From: Camelus dromedarius
Lineage: Eukaryota
NCBI RefSeq assembly: GCF_036321535.1
Contig: NC_087437.1
Coordinates: 67,396,001 to 67,460,000, forward strand
DNA length: 64,000 nucleotides
Direction of reading: 5' to 3'
The position numbers and the translations under genes are program-made. The notes beneath the pieces are model-generated. The model ran no database searches. It saw nothing but the letters and a program-made list of their open reading frames with translations, and was not told the DNA's origin. This document shows, one piece after another, positions 49,731 through 63,277 of this stretch (position 1 is its first letter; every line of letters begins with the position of its first letter).

Positions 49731-51895
49731 TGAATTAACAGGTCTGACCAGCATGTTTCCAGTTATTAACATGTTATCATAAACTCGTTCATCAGCTATT
49801 TGAAAGATATTATACAAACTTCTTTGGAATGACTCAGTAAGGTAAGCAGTATCAAACTTTGCCAAAGTAATTTGGCTTCCCCTGGACTTTGGGGGAGCTG
49901 AGATAAAATGTCAAATGTGGGGTTTGAAATGGTAAACGTTGCCTGGGAAAGGCACTACTGGGGAAGTGTGTGGATATAATTGGGCTTTGCTATGCTAATG
50001 CTTGTGGCAGCTCTGTGCTAAGTGGTATCCAGGTGGGCTACTGATGCTGGCTGGGTTATTGTGAAGGAACACTGGGGGTTTGAGATGCCCTGGGGTTCCA
50101 TAAAGAAAAGTGAACCTCTAAGAGGCCAATTAAGATAGGAGGACCTTGTTATTTGTCTCATGGAGGGGACATTTAGTGAAAGGACCAATAGGAGAGAGAT
50201 CATCATGCAAAGGTTAAGGGAAATTCAAAGACTGGAGACTGAGCTCAGTAGTGCTTTGTAGGCTGCTGCATCTCAGGAACAAAGGAAAAAGTATTCAAAA
50301 ATGTCTCTGGGTAGATTCTGAGAAGTACCAGCTGAGAGAAGGAATTTAGGAACCTGTAAATAATTTTGATCATGGGCAGAAAGCATAGATCTGGGAGCTC
50401 AAAGAGAAAGATCATTGCTTTTCTTGAGTCAAAAGGGAGCTAAAGGAATTGGCCTGACTTTGAGCATGAAGGGCTTAGAAAGCATAGTGTCCTGGAGTAA
50501 GAACCTTCTGCTTGGAAGAAAACATTGTGGAATGGAGAGCCTGGTTCATGTTCAGGCGAACGTGAGACTATCTGAGGCACATCACACATCATCTCAGTAG
50601 AGTTAACACAGAGATTGTAACTCAGTGCCATGAACACAGCTGGTGCACCGGAGCTGGTTATACTGCTGAACACGGCTGGAAAGAAAAGAAGTTGGGGATC
50701 TCATGGATGTCGTCTTCAGAGGAGTAATCTGCATGCCATGACTTCAATATTGCCCTTTTCCAAAATGCCAGGTGAGCCAGGCGAAGGGAGACGTCTGTGG
50801 ACTTGGTTATGTAACTACCATTACAACAAAATTGGATTAGGAGGGTAGTGGAGGGATGGCTGTAGATCTATGGCATTTCCTTGGGCGGGAACGCAGGCTT
50901 ACAGGGAAGACATACAGCAATGGGCCCCAGCCAATCCAAGGCAATAGGAAGTCGGTGTGTTGCATGGACAGAAGTGGGGATGGAAAGACAGGAGACAATG
51001 TAAAAGGAAGCTCAAAGAATGTAATTTTCTCTGGAGTTGGACTTGGTAAGACATTCCATAGAGGCAGCACAAATCTGGCAGCTGTTAACACTTTCTTGGC
51101 CATGGCTATAAAACTCTTCAGATATTGTGATGCATGAAGGCCAATTCGAGTAAAGGCAGGACTATTAAAATGAGGGGAGAGAAAGGCATAAGCAAAGGGG
51201 GAATTTAAAAGGAAAGACTAGGGACAGCACTGCCCGGGGTCAGACTATCTCCTCAGAGCAGACAAAGAAACTTATGCAAAATTGATGATGGACTTAGATC
51301 TAGGACAGTGCATGCTTTGCAACTCTAATCTATTTAAATGATGATAAATGTCACAGCTGTTCTTCTTTATAGAGTGATTTGCCCAATAGAAGAGAAAGAT
51401 TTCAAAGTCTCTTTTCCAAAGAAGGGATTAAAAATCACTTAAAACTGGCCATTCAGACTGTCTCATAAGTCTCCTGAGCCGCAAAAATTTATATCCCTTT
51501 AAAGAGAACCTACAAGTAAATGATCGTGTAAGAATAAACTAATGTTCAGTCTAGTCCTGAGTTTGCTTATGACCAAGGCAGATTAACCTCCCATGATGTC
51601 AACAACAAAAGTTTAGTAGAAAACTAATTTTTTTTTTCAAAAACCCATTGCTGAATTGGTCTTATGTTAATTTAGTGAAATGGCTTGGAACCCAGCCGTC
51701 ACAGCTTATTCTATTTCATAAGGTACAGAAATTCACAACTCCCGTGTATAAAGAAATATGTTGCTTCAAACTTCAAATCCTCCAGAGTCAAGGTGTGCAC
51801 TTGGGATCTGGCGAGCAGCTAGATACTTAGAAATTTCAGTATTGTTTTTTTGCCCGTTTGAGCTTTTTCCTTTAGATAAACTTGTTGTTGGTTGT

Positions 51896-52207
51896 TGTTA
51901 CATTAATTAGGAGGCCAGTAGACTGAAGTGGCTCTGATGCCTTGGCAGCTTATGTAAGCAAAACAAAACAGAAGCCAGGCATGCCTTAAGGTTTAAGAAA
52001 TCAAGACCTAAGAACAGCCAATCACAAACATCTAACCACTCTTTCCCAAGTAAGGCAACTGCCATAGCTGATCAGCTGTGTCTCTCTATAGAAGACTTTC
52101 TCCCATCTTCTGTAGGTAGAATGCTCCAACCACTTCCGGTTTGGTGCTCAATGCTTGCTCAAAAGAACTCTTAAAAATTTTAACTTGCCTCTGTTTATCT
52201 TATAACA
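51896..52207 (+). mobile_element. ERV1-class solo LTR (MER93/MER57-like)
   Basis: TGTTAcattaattaggaggccagtagactgaagtggctct...cagccaatcac...gctcaaaagaactcttaaaaattttaacttgcctctgtttatcttaTAACA, with TGTTA..TAACA inverted termini. Confidence 0.8.
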
Positions 52208-52344
52208 GTATTAAGGGGAAACAAAGCATAGCTAACAGAGACCTCAGGAGGTGTTTATATCTGTTCAACTGTGACTATATACATACCGCTTTCAAGCAGA
52301 TGTGACCAGAAGATTCAGTTCTTTAGATAACATATGCCTCATTC

Positions 52345-52625
52345 CAAGTGGTGAGGACAGATGCATTATTAATGAAAAAAGCAAAGAACAAAATGATATG
52401 CATTGTAAACCTAACATTTGTGTGAAGTTATATATGTGCATATATATTTATAAATACACAAACTATATCTGGAAACATAGTCAAGAAACTGATAAGAGCT
52501 GCTGCCATTAGGGAGGACAGCGGACGGCTGGGAGATGAGGGGGTGTTAAGGGGAGGTTTACTTATCACCATAAACACTTGTAATCTTTCAAGGTTGTGCC
52601 ATGTTCATATACTGCTTATTAATAT
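52345..52625 (+). mobile_element. L1ME 3' fragment
   Basis: attattaatgaaaaaagcaa...tatctggaaacatagtcaagaaactgataa...gccatgttcatatact. Confidence 0.65.
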
Positions 52626-53334
52626 ACCAATTAACTGACTAAGCATTGAGAACAAAGCAAAATGGTGGGATTGACCTTACTAATTTGGGGTTTCTACAGT
52701 TGGCTAACTTTATAGAATTTATTATTGAAGCTTTTGAAATAGTAATGCTTCTTCCCTGCCATTTGGTGAAATGGGTGACTTGTCATGTGCTTAGTTGCTA
52801 TTGTGTTGTCTTTCATGTCCAAGGGCTATTGGGGGATGGGGGCAGTTTGAATTATTTATGGTAATACCCAAAGTCTATAGATCAAGAATTTTCCATCAAA
52901 CTACAGAAGTGCCCACACCCAGAATCCCTTTTAGCATGTGGAGATAAGTATGAGGTCGGGTTGATGCTTGATGTACAGTGGCAGACAATTTAACCTTTCC
53001 TCAGTCAGTAGGATTTGGGATAATCCTAGGGAAGGGAAGGACACAGAATCTTAAAGGTGTGAGACAAGAGTGCCCATCTGGGGGAAAAGAAGACTAACTT
53101 ATAGTTACAGGACTGCATTTTTCAGATCTAGATCAGCAAAAACTACTTGAATTAGCCCAGACAAGGTGACCTTCTTATAAGGATGCTGAGGGCATCCCCA
53201 CAATCTAAGTCAGAGAACGGCACAACAGGGCCTAAAATACAACTGAGAATATTGATAAGAATGTTCTCCAAACTCTGTCGCTTCTCTTGGTGTCTCACTG
53301 CGTGGTAGCTTTTTTCTCTCAGACTTGCTTCATG

Positions 53335-53620
53335 CACGTGTTAGTGACAGAGAGCTGTTTCATGGTTTCCCTACCAGAGAAAGTGCCTATCCTTCTTCCC
53401 TGAGTTCTGGTTTGAAACATCCCAGGGAAGAACTCTGATTGGCCTGGGTTGGGTCTTATGTCCATCCTTGAATTGATCAGCTATGGTTAGGCGTGTAGCT
53501 GTACTCTGATTAGTAGCCTCTACTGGAACATATGATTTGATGTGGGGTAACTCCTCAAAGTACATAAATGCTGTTCCTGGAAGAAGGGATCTAAACACAT
53601 AAGACAATTTAAAAGGGTCA
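53335..53620 (-). mobile_element. MLT1 fragment
   Basis: cccagggaagaactctgattggcctgggttgggtcttatgtccatccttgaattgatca. Confidence 0.65.
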
Positions 53621-54184
53621 CAAGCAGCAAGGGGCTACAGTGTGTACTTTCAGGAGCCCTCTTCTACCTCCTCATGGTTCCTTGGACTACCTCCAGGAGT
53701 TAAGTCATCATTAAATTCACTTCAAACTTAAATGACTACATGCCCTCTGTTTCCTGAGGTAAGAAGCTTTTCTTTGGAGAGTGGGGAAGAAATGGGATGG
53801 AGAGGGCAGGCATAGAGTTTCTGATGGGAGTAGGAGATAGGAATTTTATTTCATCACCACTCCTTTTTCAGATACTTCCTTTCCTTCCTTCATACCCAAT
53901 TTTTCCCTTTTAGGCTGTTATTATTACTGAGGTATCAATACCGTCAGCAGGGCCATAGAGGTTGTACATCTCCCTCATTCATATTAGATTGGATAGAATC
54001 CTAGAGTGTTCTGTAAAGTCATCTTGAATGGTGGTCCTTGGAGTTCTGTAATATGGCAGTCCACATGGATTCTCAAGTGGGCAAACTTTCTTTTCAAAAG
54101 CTTTTATTCCATTCTTACCATGTCTAATACATACATAAGCCTAAAAAATTACATTAAATGACATATAATCCATTTTCCAGACTT

Positions 54185-54406
54185 GAGTTGGCAAACTAGA
54201 GACTGGGGGCCAAATCCCGCCTGCCAGACTTGTTTTTATAAATAAAGTTTTATTGGAACCCAGCCACACTCAGCTGTCTACATATTATCTCTAGCAGCTT
54301 TCATGCTACAGGGCAGAGTTGAGTAGTTATGACAGAGACCATGTGGTCCACAATACATAAAATATTTGCTACCTGGCATTTTACAGGAAAAGTTTGCCCA
54401 CCTCTG
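54185..54406 (+). mobile_element. MER58A, near full length
   Basis: gttggcaaacta...ggccaaatcccgcctg...aaataaagttttattggaacccagccac...ggcagagttgagtagttatgacagagacc...aaaagtttgcccacctctg. Confidence 0.9.
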
Positions 54407-55431
54407 TACCAGAATATACACTAGAAATTGTAATTTTCCATTGATCGGGTAAACCCAACACTCCAGATTGTTAGTCACTTTATTACAAATAAAATTCTCT
54501 GCAAGTAAACAAAAGATGGTAATGGTTCAGTTGGGAGCATGAAACATTAGAGCCAGAGAAGATGCTTGCAGATCATGGAGCCTGATTCTTGTGTTTATAA
54601 GGAGCGAAACAGGCTTAGAGAAAGTAAATAATTGGCTCAAAGTCACATTTCAAGTGAGATCGAAGGCTTGACTGATGTTCTTCCATTTCACTATTTGAAG
54701 CAGCCACACATCACCTTGTATCTATACTCCTTCGTTTTTTACAACTGCCCTCCCTCCATGTTCAAGTTTTTACCCTGCATGAGTCCTTCAGTCAGTAGTG
54801 TGTGTTCACCTTGGTTTTAAGCACTTCATTATCATTACTGCACCACAGTACCCATAATAAGCTCACATTAATTATTCTCAACTTACCCACTCTTTCTGTC
54901 CTTTTTCTTAATAACTCCATATGCACTTTCCCTATGTGATAGGTTCTTTATGAATGGCAGCTTCAGATTGGCTGCTGGCTATTCCCTGTTCTTTTTCATT
55001 ATTGAGCCATCCCCTACCAGATGTTCTCACAGTCCTCTTTTATCTCAGAAAGTCACCTTGGATGATGTTGATACTGGGAAGCCTGGGGTTTTGAGGTATA
55101 GAGTTCAGAATGGAGTGATTAAGAAACATTACCTAGTGATTATGTCCCTTCTGTACCATCAGCCTTGATGAAGGCAGTCTCTGTCTTCTCCCTCAACTTC
55201 CCCTGCAAACACTCAATCCAAAAATGTAGGCTGAGTTTGTCCCAGCACCCTGCTGTATAGGACATTAGAGACATCATATAATTCGAAGATGGAAGGATTG
55301 CTGGTGGGTTGAGGTGGCAGGGCAGTGCATCCTATCCCAGGAATGGGTTTAATAGTAGGAGCGGGATGTTGGTTCAACAGCAAACAAAAGGCTTTTGGGA
55401 GCTATGTTAGATCACAGAATAAGATAATATA

Positions 55432-55600
55432 AAAACAGCAATAGGTTAGAAGTCAAGAGACTTAGTTTTAAGTTCTGGTTTTATAATTAATATACTGTGT
55501 GATGTTAGGTGACCTGCTTAGCCTCTGTGGATCTCAGTTTCCTCATCTGTAAAATGAGAATGTTGAGCAAAAGAAGATCAAATATACCTTCTCATCAGTG
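55432..55600 (+). mobile_element. MIR SINE
   Basis: gaagtcaagagacttagtt...tctcagtttcctcatctgtaaaatgagaa. Confidence 0.8.
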
Positions 55601-56894
55601 ACTATATTTTCTGAGCCCCAAATTAGGACAAAAGCTCTGACAAGTTCAATTACACTTATGGGGACAATGAGACAGGAGATTTGAAATATGGATTATCCTA
55701 GAAGATCTGGAACATATGGCTGCCATACTCCTAGTTATAAAATTCTTTGAGATTTAAGGCCCTCTTATTGCTTTCATATATTGAAGAACTTTCTAAAATT
55801 GATGGATCGTTAATGATCCTGGTCACACATTCTATTAATTTTTATGCCTCAGACTTTCTCAGCCTTTACATCGCCACTATATTCCTCTCACTCCAGAGCA
55901 ATTCCTTTATGCTCTCTTCACTCATTCAAAAATATTTAAAGGGTTCCTCTTTGTGCTGGTCTAGGGTTGCTGGAGGCAGCTGTTCAAATTGTGCCCTACA
56001 CTAGGTGTCCAGAGAGTGGGGAGGGGAGACTAAATCAGTCCATGCTCTGCTCACCAAGCACAGGCCAAGTCCAGCTGGAGGAAGCAGCATTAAGGCACCA
56101 CATAAGCTGGTGTTTTCCCTCTGTTAGGCAGTGGACATATAGCACCACGAGGGACAAACATAATTCCTACCTTCTTAAACATGATAGTCAAATGGGAAAG
56201 ATAGATATTAAAAATAATTATAGAAGAGATAAGTACTATCAGAGAGGGATCAATTTACAAAATTGATTACAAATTACAAAAAGAGCACAGATGAAGGAAG
56301 AGGCAGTGGGGAGTGGAAAGAGGGAAGAAATCCTCAGGGAAGTTCCTGTTGGCATCTTTCTGGCACATGACTTCATCCCACAGTGAAGGAGAGCTGTGGT
56401 GGATGTGTCATGTTCAGGCTTATTTATTGGATCAGGTTTTCTAGAGGATGGGTCTTAGTGTCAGGCATAAAACATGAACCCCTAGTGGGTGAAAAGCTCC
56501 ATGTCTGTTCTCCCACAAGGTTATGAGGGTAAGTCAGGACCCATGGCATTCCTGCTTAAGAGAAGAGAGCTCCTACCCTTCCCTTTCTCTCAAACCCTTA
56601 GAAAAGGCATCTGGAAACTACCGTGAAGTCCCACCAAAAGAAGTCAATTTCTTTGTCCCAGTAAAATAATGGAATTCAAGGCAGTCTTGCTTGGGTTAGC
56701 CAACCCAGGGCTTCCCCTTGGCGTTTGAAACCAAAGCCAAGTTAAAAATTGTTCTTTTTCTTGCCTTAGCTTACATGGTGGTAATTGCTTTAGGAACCTC
56801 TCCTGGGTATAGATGGCTAATTAAGGACAGAGCTCTAGTATTCAGCAAACTAGCCTCCATCTCTGTTACCAACAGTTACATTTAAACTGCGTTT

Positions 56895-57600
56895 TAAAGG
56901 AAGTGTAAGAGATTGCCTGTCAAACAAGTGGTGGGAAGGTATTACACATGAAGGGACCAATACCTGCAATGACTTGAATTAGTGAATTGTACTTCATATC
57001 TGGGAGACTGGAACCAAGGACGGGCTGGATAGCAAGGCTGGGGATAGAAAGGGCCATGATGCTTAACTAAAATGTATAGATTTTATCCCGTGGCAATGGA
57101 CAGAGCTCATAGGAGTTAGCCAGGGAAAAAATGACATAATTAGATCTCTTGTGTAGTGTGAAGGGCAGATTGGAATAGAGAACAGATTATAGCCTGGAAA
57201 TCAGTTAGAGGTAATGAGGGTCTTGAACTGGGCAGCAGAATGGGAGTGGGGAGACAGCATCTGATTCAAGAGACTGGACCCTTTAATAAATTAGGAGTTT
57301 AGGATTTGCAGATACTAACTAGTGTACATAAAATAGGTCCTACTGTACAGCACAGGGAACTATATTCAGTATCTTGTAATGGCCTATAATGAAAAAGAAT
57401 ATAAAAAGGAATATGTATATATATAACTGAATCACTATGCTGCACACCAGAAATTAATGCAACATTGTCAATAGACTATATTTAAATAAAAAAGAAAAAA
57501 AGACAAGACCTTTTAGATGTGGCCATGAGGAAGAGGGGACATCACAAATGTTAGGATACTGCAAACTGACACTGAGAATATGTGGTGGAGCGAGTGGAGT
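56895..57600 (-). mobile_element. L2 fragment interrupted by an L1 3' end
   Basis: tagattttatcccgtggcaatgg...tgacataattagat...ggaaatcagttagag...gattcaagaga; resumes ttagatgtgg. Confidence 0.6.
57286..57500 (+). mobile_element. 5'-truncated camelid/cetartiodactyl L1 3' end with TSD
   Basis: ataaattaggagtttaggatttgcagatactaacta...cctactgtacagcacagggaactatattca...ctgaatcactatgctgcacaccagaaa plus A-tail. Degenerate TSD agactggacccttta (57271-57285) and agacaagacctttta (57501-57515), 12/15 identical. Confidence 0.9.
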
Positions 57601-58017
57601 GAATTTGGTTGGCGAGAGTGGGGTTGGGCATTACAGATAATGGTTCATATAAGGATTTAGAAATATTTTTATGTGAGGCTGATTTGATTAGAGGTGGAGC
57701 AGGGTGAGATTTGATGGACAATTACTATTTGAGGTGAAAACAAAGACCGATTCTGCTCTGCCATCTAGCCCAATGGTCCCCATCTACTCTTCTAATGAAA
57801 ACTGCATAAGCATGCATTTGTAGTACAGAATTATGCTAAGTGGACAGGGGCAGGGACTAGTACTACAGAGGATGGATTATAATCGGACCAACGAAGCTCA
57901 GTTACTAGAGACTGTTTGTTAGGATGTGCAGATAGTTTACTCATATAGAAACGTGGTGACAGAGCTTGACTCAAAGCAGGGAAAGAAGTGTGAGAGTAAC
58001 AGATTTTAAAAATCTGA

Positions 58018-58230
58018 TACTAATAGCTGCCATTGATTGCTCCAGGCATTCTATGCACATTAATTTTATTTAATCCTCCCAAAAATAAGGTGAAGTAAAT
58101 ATTATTTTCCTTGTTTCATAGAGAAGGAAGCTGAGGCTCAGATATATTAAGTAACTTGCCCAAGGAATATTGCTAAGTGGCAGAGTAATTACAAAATCAG
58201 GTCCCCGTGGTTCCTTGCTCTCTTCAGCAT
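58018..58230 (-). mobile_element. MIR SINE
   Basis: atttaatcctcc...agagaaggaagctgaggctcagatatattaagtaacttgcccaagg...taagtggcagag. Confidence 0.85.
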
Positions 58231-58744
58231 TAGATGCCTCATCTTTAGCCTACATAAGAATGAAGAAAATTAGCAGCACCATTTGCATTTAAATAATACA
58301 TTTGTTAAGTAAGCACAACTGATTCTTATCTACTTGTTAGTGAATTGCTGGATTCTATACAACCTTTGTGGCTTCTAGGGTTTTTTCTCCTTCCTCTCTC
58401 CGTATTTAGTTTTGTCTTTCACAGCCTCTGGGATACATTGAGGTGATTTCTGTTCTGGTGGAATCAGTTTACCCATAGCTGGTATGTTTCAACTTTCTCT
58501 GCTCACTTCAAGCCCTACACCTCTTGCTTTTTCAGCCATTGAAATTTTGTCAACAATATCCTACTCTCCAGAATATGTTTTCTAGGTCATGCTTCATCTC
58601 ATTGGTGTATAGTAGATGCTCAGTAAATATTTGCTGAATGAAGGTATGGATTTCCAGCTCCTGAGCTTATGTAATTTTGCCCCCAAAATGTGTTACAGTG
58701 GCCTGATTCTCATCTTCTCTGCTTTCTTCTCACTATTGCTTCTG

Positions 58745-59310
58745 TATCCACCAGTATCACAAATTCAATATGAATAAAACCACATCGCTTAACTTCTCTC
58801 CTAAAAACTCTTCCTCCTGTCTTCCCTCTCATTGGTTACCAGTATCATTGTTGTTTTAGCCAATCAGTTTCACTTCTAATATCTCTTTCCCTTCTGGAGA
58901 TTCTCCTGTAGATACATTGCTTGAATCAAACCCCTCTTTCCACTGCCATCATACTCATTAAAATGGATATTGCCGACTTATTGCAGTGGCCTCCAAATGG
59001 GTTTCTCTTCATCTAGTATTTCCCCTCTTCTGTATACCTGGCACAAATTTGGTTCTGTCATCCTCTGTTCAAAAATCTTGCATGTTCAACTTCTATGCAC
59101 GGTGTTCAGGACCCTCCACAACATGGTACTTGCCTTCCTAGTATCATCTTGACTGCCTCCCTTCACAACCTCCCCAGCAGCCACATGGGGCCACTCTCTT
59201 TCCCCTTTAATGTCCCCACCGCTTTCCTACCTAAGTGCCTTGCCTGCGCAGTGCTGTCTCCTGAGCACAGAGTCATGCGTGGGCATCCATGACTCTACTT
59301 CCTTTGCTTA
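58745..59310 (+). mobile_element. L2 fragment
   Basis: caaattcaatatgaataaaacc...ttattgcagtggcctccaaatgg...ttcaggaccctccacaac. Confidence 0.65.
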
Positions 59311-61434
59311 GGTCCACAGGAGAGGCTGCTGATCGGTTAGATCATAGCCTCTGAGCAGGGCTAGACTCAGATTCCTCAACCAGGGATTCCTGTGGTCTCT
59401 CACAGGGGAACTGAAGCAGACTTGAGGACAAACCCTGTTTTCCATGTGGCCCTTGCATGACTTTGACCTCTTTATGACTCTCAAAAGCCAAGTCATCTCT
59501 CAAGACCCAGATCCAATGGCATCTCTACCACAACACCTTCCACATCTTCTGGTTTCAATTGATCACTCTGCCCTAGCAACTGCTCAGGGTCCTTCTCCTG
59601 AAGGGTTTCGTTTATTTGTTTTGGGTTTTACATGGTAATCATTTCAGTACAGCTTGATCCAGTGCTAGAGTCTAAGTGCCCTGAGGTGGAGAACAAGTCG
59701 GGTTCACTTTTGAGTTTTCCGCCGCTGTAACCACAGTGCAGGGGCTAACAGCTGCCACGTGCATCAGCTCCTCACACGTGCTGCCTTTGTTAAGGTCCTG
59801 TACGAGCACGCTGTGTTTTCTGTGCTGTACTTAAAATCCTCAAGGGCAGGGATCAAGCCTTGTTCATCTGTGACTCACTCATAGCCCTGAGAACTCAGGA
59901 AATTGTTATTGGTAGTTGTGTGGATTGCTTTCTTCCTTCTTTGTCAACAGTCATATTTTGTCCACGTAATATCCTGCAATGGAGAGATTTTTGTGAAATA
60001 TTCTGTTTCTCTGGCTTATTATTTCTGAGTGACCTTCTCTCTCAATTAGGGCAAACGACCAAGGATTTACTGAATTTCAAAACCTTGAGAGTAGCAACTC
60101 AGCAGACAGCCTAGAGGGAGGTGGCAGCCTGGTAGAATTGGGAGAGAACACAAAAGGGGTGACTGTCTGTCAGAGGGAGGGGGCATAAAAAGGAGAGAGA
60201 AAGATGGAGGAAAGGAAGGACAAGGTGGAAGGCCACATACTGAAAGGAAGGGGCAGACGAGGGAGGACACAGGGAGAGGCAGGAAACATAGAAGGAGACG
60301 GGAAGGCAGGCAAGTAGAAAACAAAGCTAGAATTCGCTAACATCTGCCACCAATAAGGACAAATTAGGCTGCCCAAAATAAGAGTATTTCTGAGGTTTAA
60401 GAAAAATACATGATTGTTTTTTCAAGTATGAGGAGGATGAGATGGGGGTCAAAAGCAATTTTATTATCTTAACCATGATGCAACGTGATCTGGAGAAGGA
60501 AGAGATTTTTAAAGACAAATAGAATAGAAAGGTCATACATACAAAGAGAGGAGAAAGAAAGTGTAAATCATGGGAGGAGATGTAGGAAGTAATGAATATA
60601 TTGAGAAATGGTGGGAGGGAGCAAGGGTAGGTAACTGCAGGCAAGAAGATGGATAAATTAACGTTTGTCTGAATATAGGGACTTCTTTGTGAAGATGAGA
60701 GCTCACATCTGCCTTTGATCAGCCACATGGCAGCCCAGGATCAGATCAGAAAGCAAATGAGGTGATAAAGTGGATGAAACCACGGTAAGTTTAATATTCA
60801 GGAAGGGAGAGAGGGAGAGAGAGGACAAGGGGAGAGAGAGGCTGCCCCTTTGGGCAAAAAGCCTGCTTGGGTTTTCACGTCAAGGTGGGCAGAACCTGAC
60901 AGTGGTCCCGATGCCCTCTTTCACCTTCAGAAGTACAGCAGGGCCGTGACATCAGAGGGCAGAGAGCCCTGGGGAGACTTGTGGGTCCTGTGTCCTGCCA
61001 GCAGACCTGGCTTTGCTGACGCAGCCCAGAAGCTGATGGCAGAGAATTTGCTTCGCTCCAGGGACTTTCTGAATTGGCATTTCTTTACCCTGAATCAGGC
61101 CAGAACAAAAGATGAAATCGTTATTTCAAAGGGTTTTTTTTTTTTTTCCGTTTCATACCCCACCTCCCCCTTTTTAGGGCATTTTTATTGCTGAATTGCC
61201 AGAAAGTCTGCTTAATATGTAAAATTGACCATATTCTACTCCTGAGTCTCTTTGTGAATTTCTAGATTGTTTGTAATGAGAGCCCTATAATCATAAAGCA
61301 ACTGTTGGGAAGACTTCTTAACTCTCGTAAAGGCGTTGGAGGGTGGCAAAAAGACCCATAAACTCTAGGATACATACGTTGTAAAAACTGCTGGCATTTT
61401 TAGGGCACCTCGTGTGGGACGTTGCACCAGCTAA

Positions 61435-61600
61435 CCTTACCTCATTTAACTCTGAAGTAGCGTCCTTATCATTCTCGTTTTGCAGATGAGTAAACTGAGG
61501 CTCTGAGATGTTAAATAGTTTGCTCACGGGTATAGGGGTAGGAAGGAGCAGAAGCAGGATTAGAGCCTAGATTACTCCACCTTCTATGTCTCTGAGTGTG
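61435..61600 (-). mobile_element. MIR SINE
   Basis: ttttgcagatgagtaaactgaggctctgagatgttaaatagtttgctc...agcaggattagagcctag. Confidence 0.8.
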
Positions 61601-63277
61601 ATTCCACAGATGGATTATTACATATACATTTTAATTACTAGAAGAGGAACATTTCTAAGGTAGGTGGCAGTGTAAGTTACTTAAATCTGAGAGAGCTCAT
61701 GGCTTAAATCATTCCTCCTCCCAAAGAGGATGCTTGCGATTTGAGCAGCCCCATTCTGTTCGGTTGTATGCATAGCCTGGAGTTGAGGCTCCCCATTTCA
61801 TCGGATCTGAAATTTGGCTGGGCAGAGAAAGCCAGGAGAACTCAGCATGCAGAGAACCGTGCCCTGAGACACGGAGGGAGAAAGTTCCAACAGGAATCAC
61901 AGCTGCTGCCCCTATCCCCCATGATTATAGAATTTCAGGGGGTATTTAGAGTGCACATGAATGAAAGATGTAAAATCATAAAGGAATCAAGATATAAGCA
62001 CACTCAAATGAATAGCAAAGAGAACTTCTCAATCTTGTACATTTTGAAGAGGTTCGATGTGGGGAGAAGGCTGAGGAGGGGTGCCTTTCCATACCTTTGC
62101 CATATTGAGGGAGAAGGGATGTGGGCACTTGCACCCCGAGGGAAAGGAGGGGAAAGAAGAGAATCTGAAACAATGAATCTAATTAAGAGACTAAGGATAA
62201 GAAAAGAGAGAAAAAAGAAAAGTGGTTTAGTGCCAGTCGTCTCAGTGTAAGGCCCTAGAGTTCACCTATAGGTGCTGCACTTAACTTTGGCTTTAAGAAC
62301 TGAGAGAAAGTCACAAATAGGCAAGAGGATGGGAGCCGGGCCTGGAGGGTGGGGCAGCACTGGAGCAGTCCAGACCTGAAGGCTCCAGTGACCACACCGG
62401 ACACTTGGATGGGAGAGCCTGTCTCTAGAGGAGAAGCAGTGAACGGAGAGGAGAGAGGCTCACATCTAACCATGGAGCTTTATCAGGGCAGAAAAGGACT
62501 GCAGCCAGTCTCAGCTGCTGTCGCAATGCCCAATTCCAGAACCAGAAATAAAAAAGACCAAACCCAGTCAGAGCTTCACAGCATCCTCTGTTATACATGA
62601 CATATGCTGTAAGAATTGGAGAGGTCAACGAATTAAAATGAACCATGGAAACTGGGAGGGGAGTTAATTGCAGACAGGTCTCTCTAAGTGAAATTGGAAA
62701 GGGCTTTTAAAGCAAATAGAGAAAAGGACTCTTGTAAAAAGGGAAATCCAGAGAGGCAGTGGCTATAGAAGAAGGAATGACCAGGTTGCATGTTAGGGAC
62801 AGCACTGCTCCGAGTAGAAGCCATGCTACGTAAGATTATCAAGGAAAGGCGTTCTAGCCCTCCTTTCTTGGAAGCTCTAGGAGGGTTGAAAACTCAGCAC
62901 CAAAGTTCAGAATATAGTCCTGAAGCAGGAACTGAGTCCTGGTTTTTGGAGGAAAACCAGAAATAAAGGATATCGGAGAAAGGGCATGGGGAGGATTTGA
63001 GGAAGTGACTAGGCTTAAAAGTTCTTTTGTAGGACGGATTTACATGTAGGGATTCCTGTATATCCCATGGCTTTTTTTGTGTGATAACAGGGAAGATTCT
63101 GTGCTTAAAGAAAAGGTGAAGTGTCAAGATATTATAAAATTCAACTTAATACATCAGACCTTTAAAATTCTATCACTAAAAAAAAAATATTTTATAAAAT
63201 AAAAATGACAAACGTAAGGCAAATATATTCTTCTGATGTCAGTGAAGACATTCCTCTCTAACTCCCAGGATTGGCTA

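Noticed and set aside
55970..56125. Possible MER91/hAT-Tip100-like insert within an L2 tail
   Set aside because: Similarity is too weak to call by eye, and no clear terminal inverted repeats or TSD were found.
3619..59877. About a dozen scattered AP-1 heptamers (TGACTCA/TGAGTCA)
   Set aside because: Close to the roughly 8 expected by chance in 64 kb. Only those inside motif clusters were kept.
60170..60330. Purine-rich tract producing several overlapping minus-strand ORFs
   Set aside because: Low-complexity GA-rich sequence lacks stops by composition. No coding evidence.
61741..62250. 169-aa ORF (+)
   Set aside because: Starts at TTG, lies in purine-rich low-complexity sequence, and has no recognisable homology or splice context.
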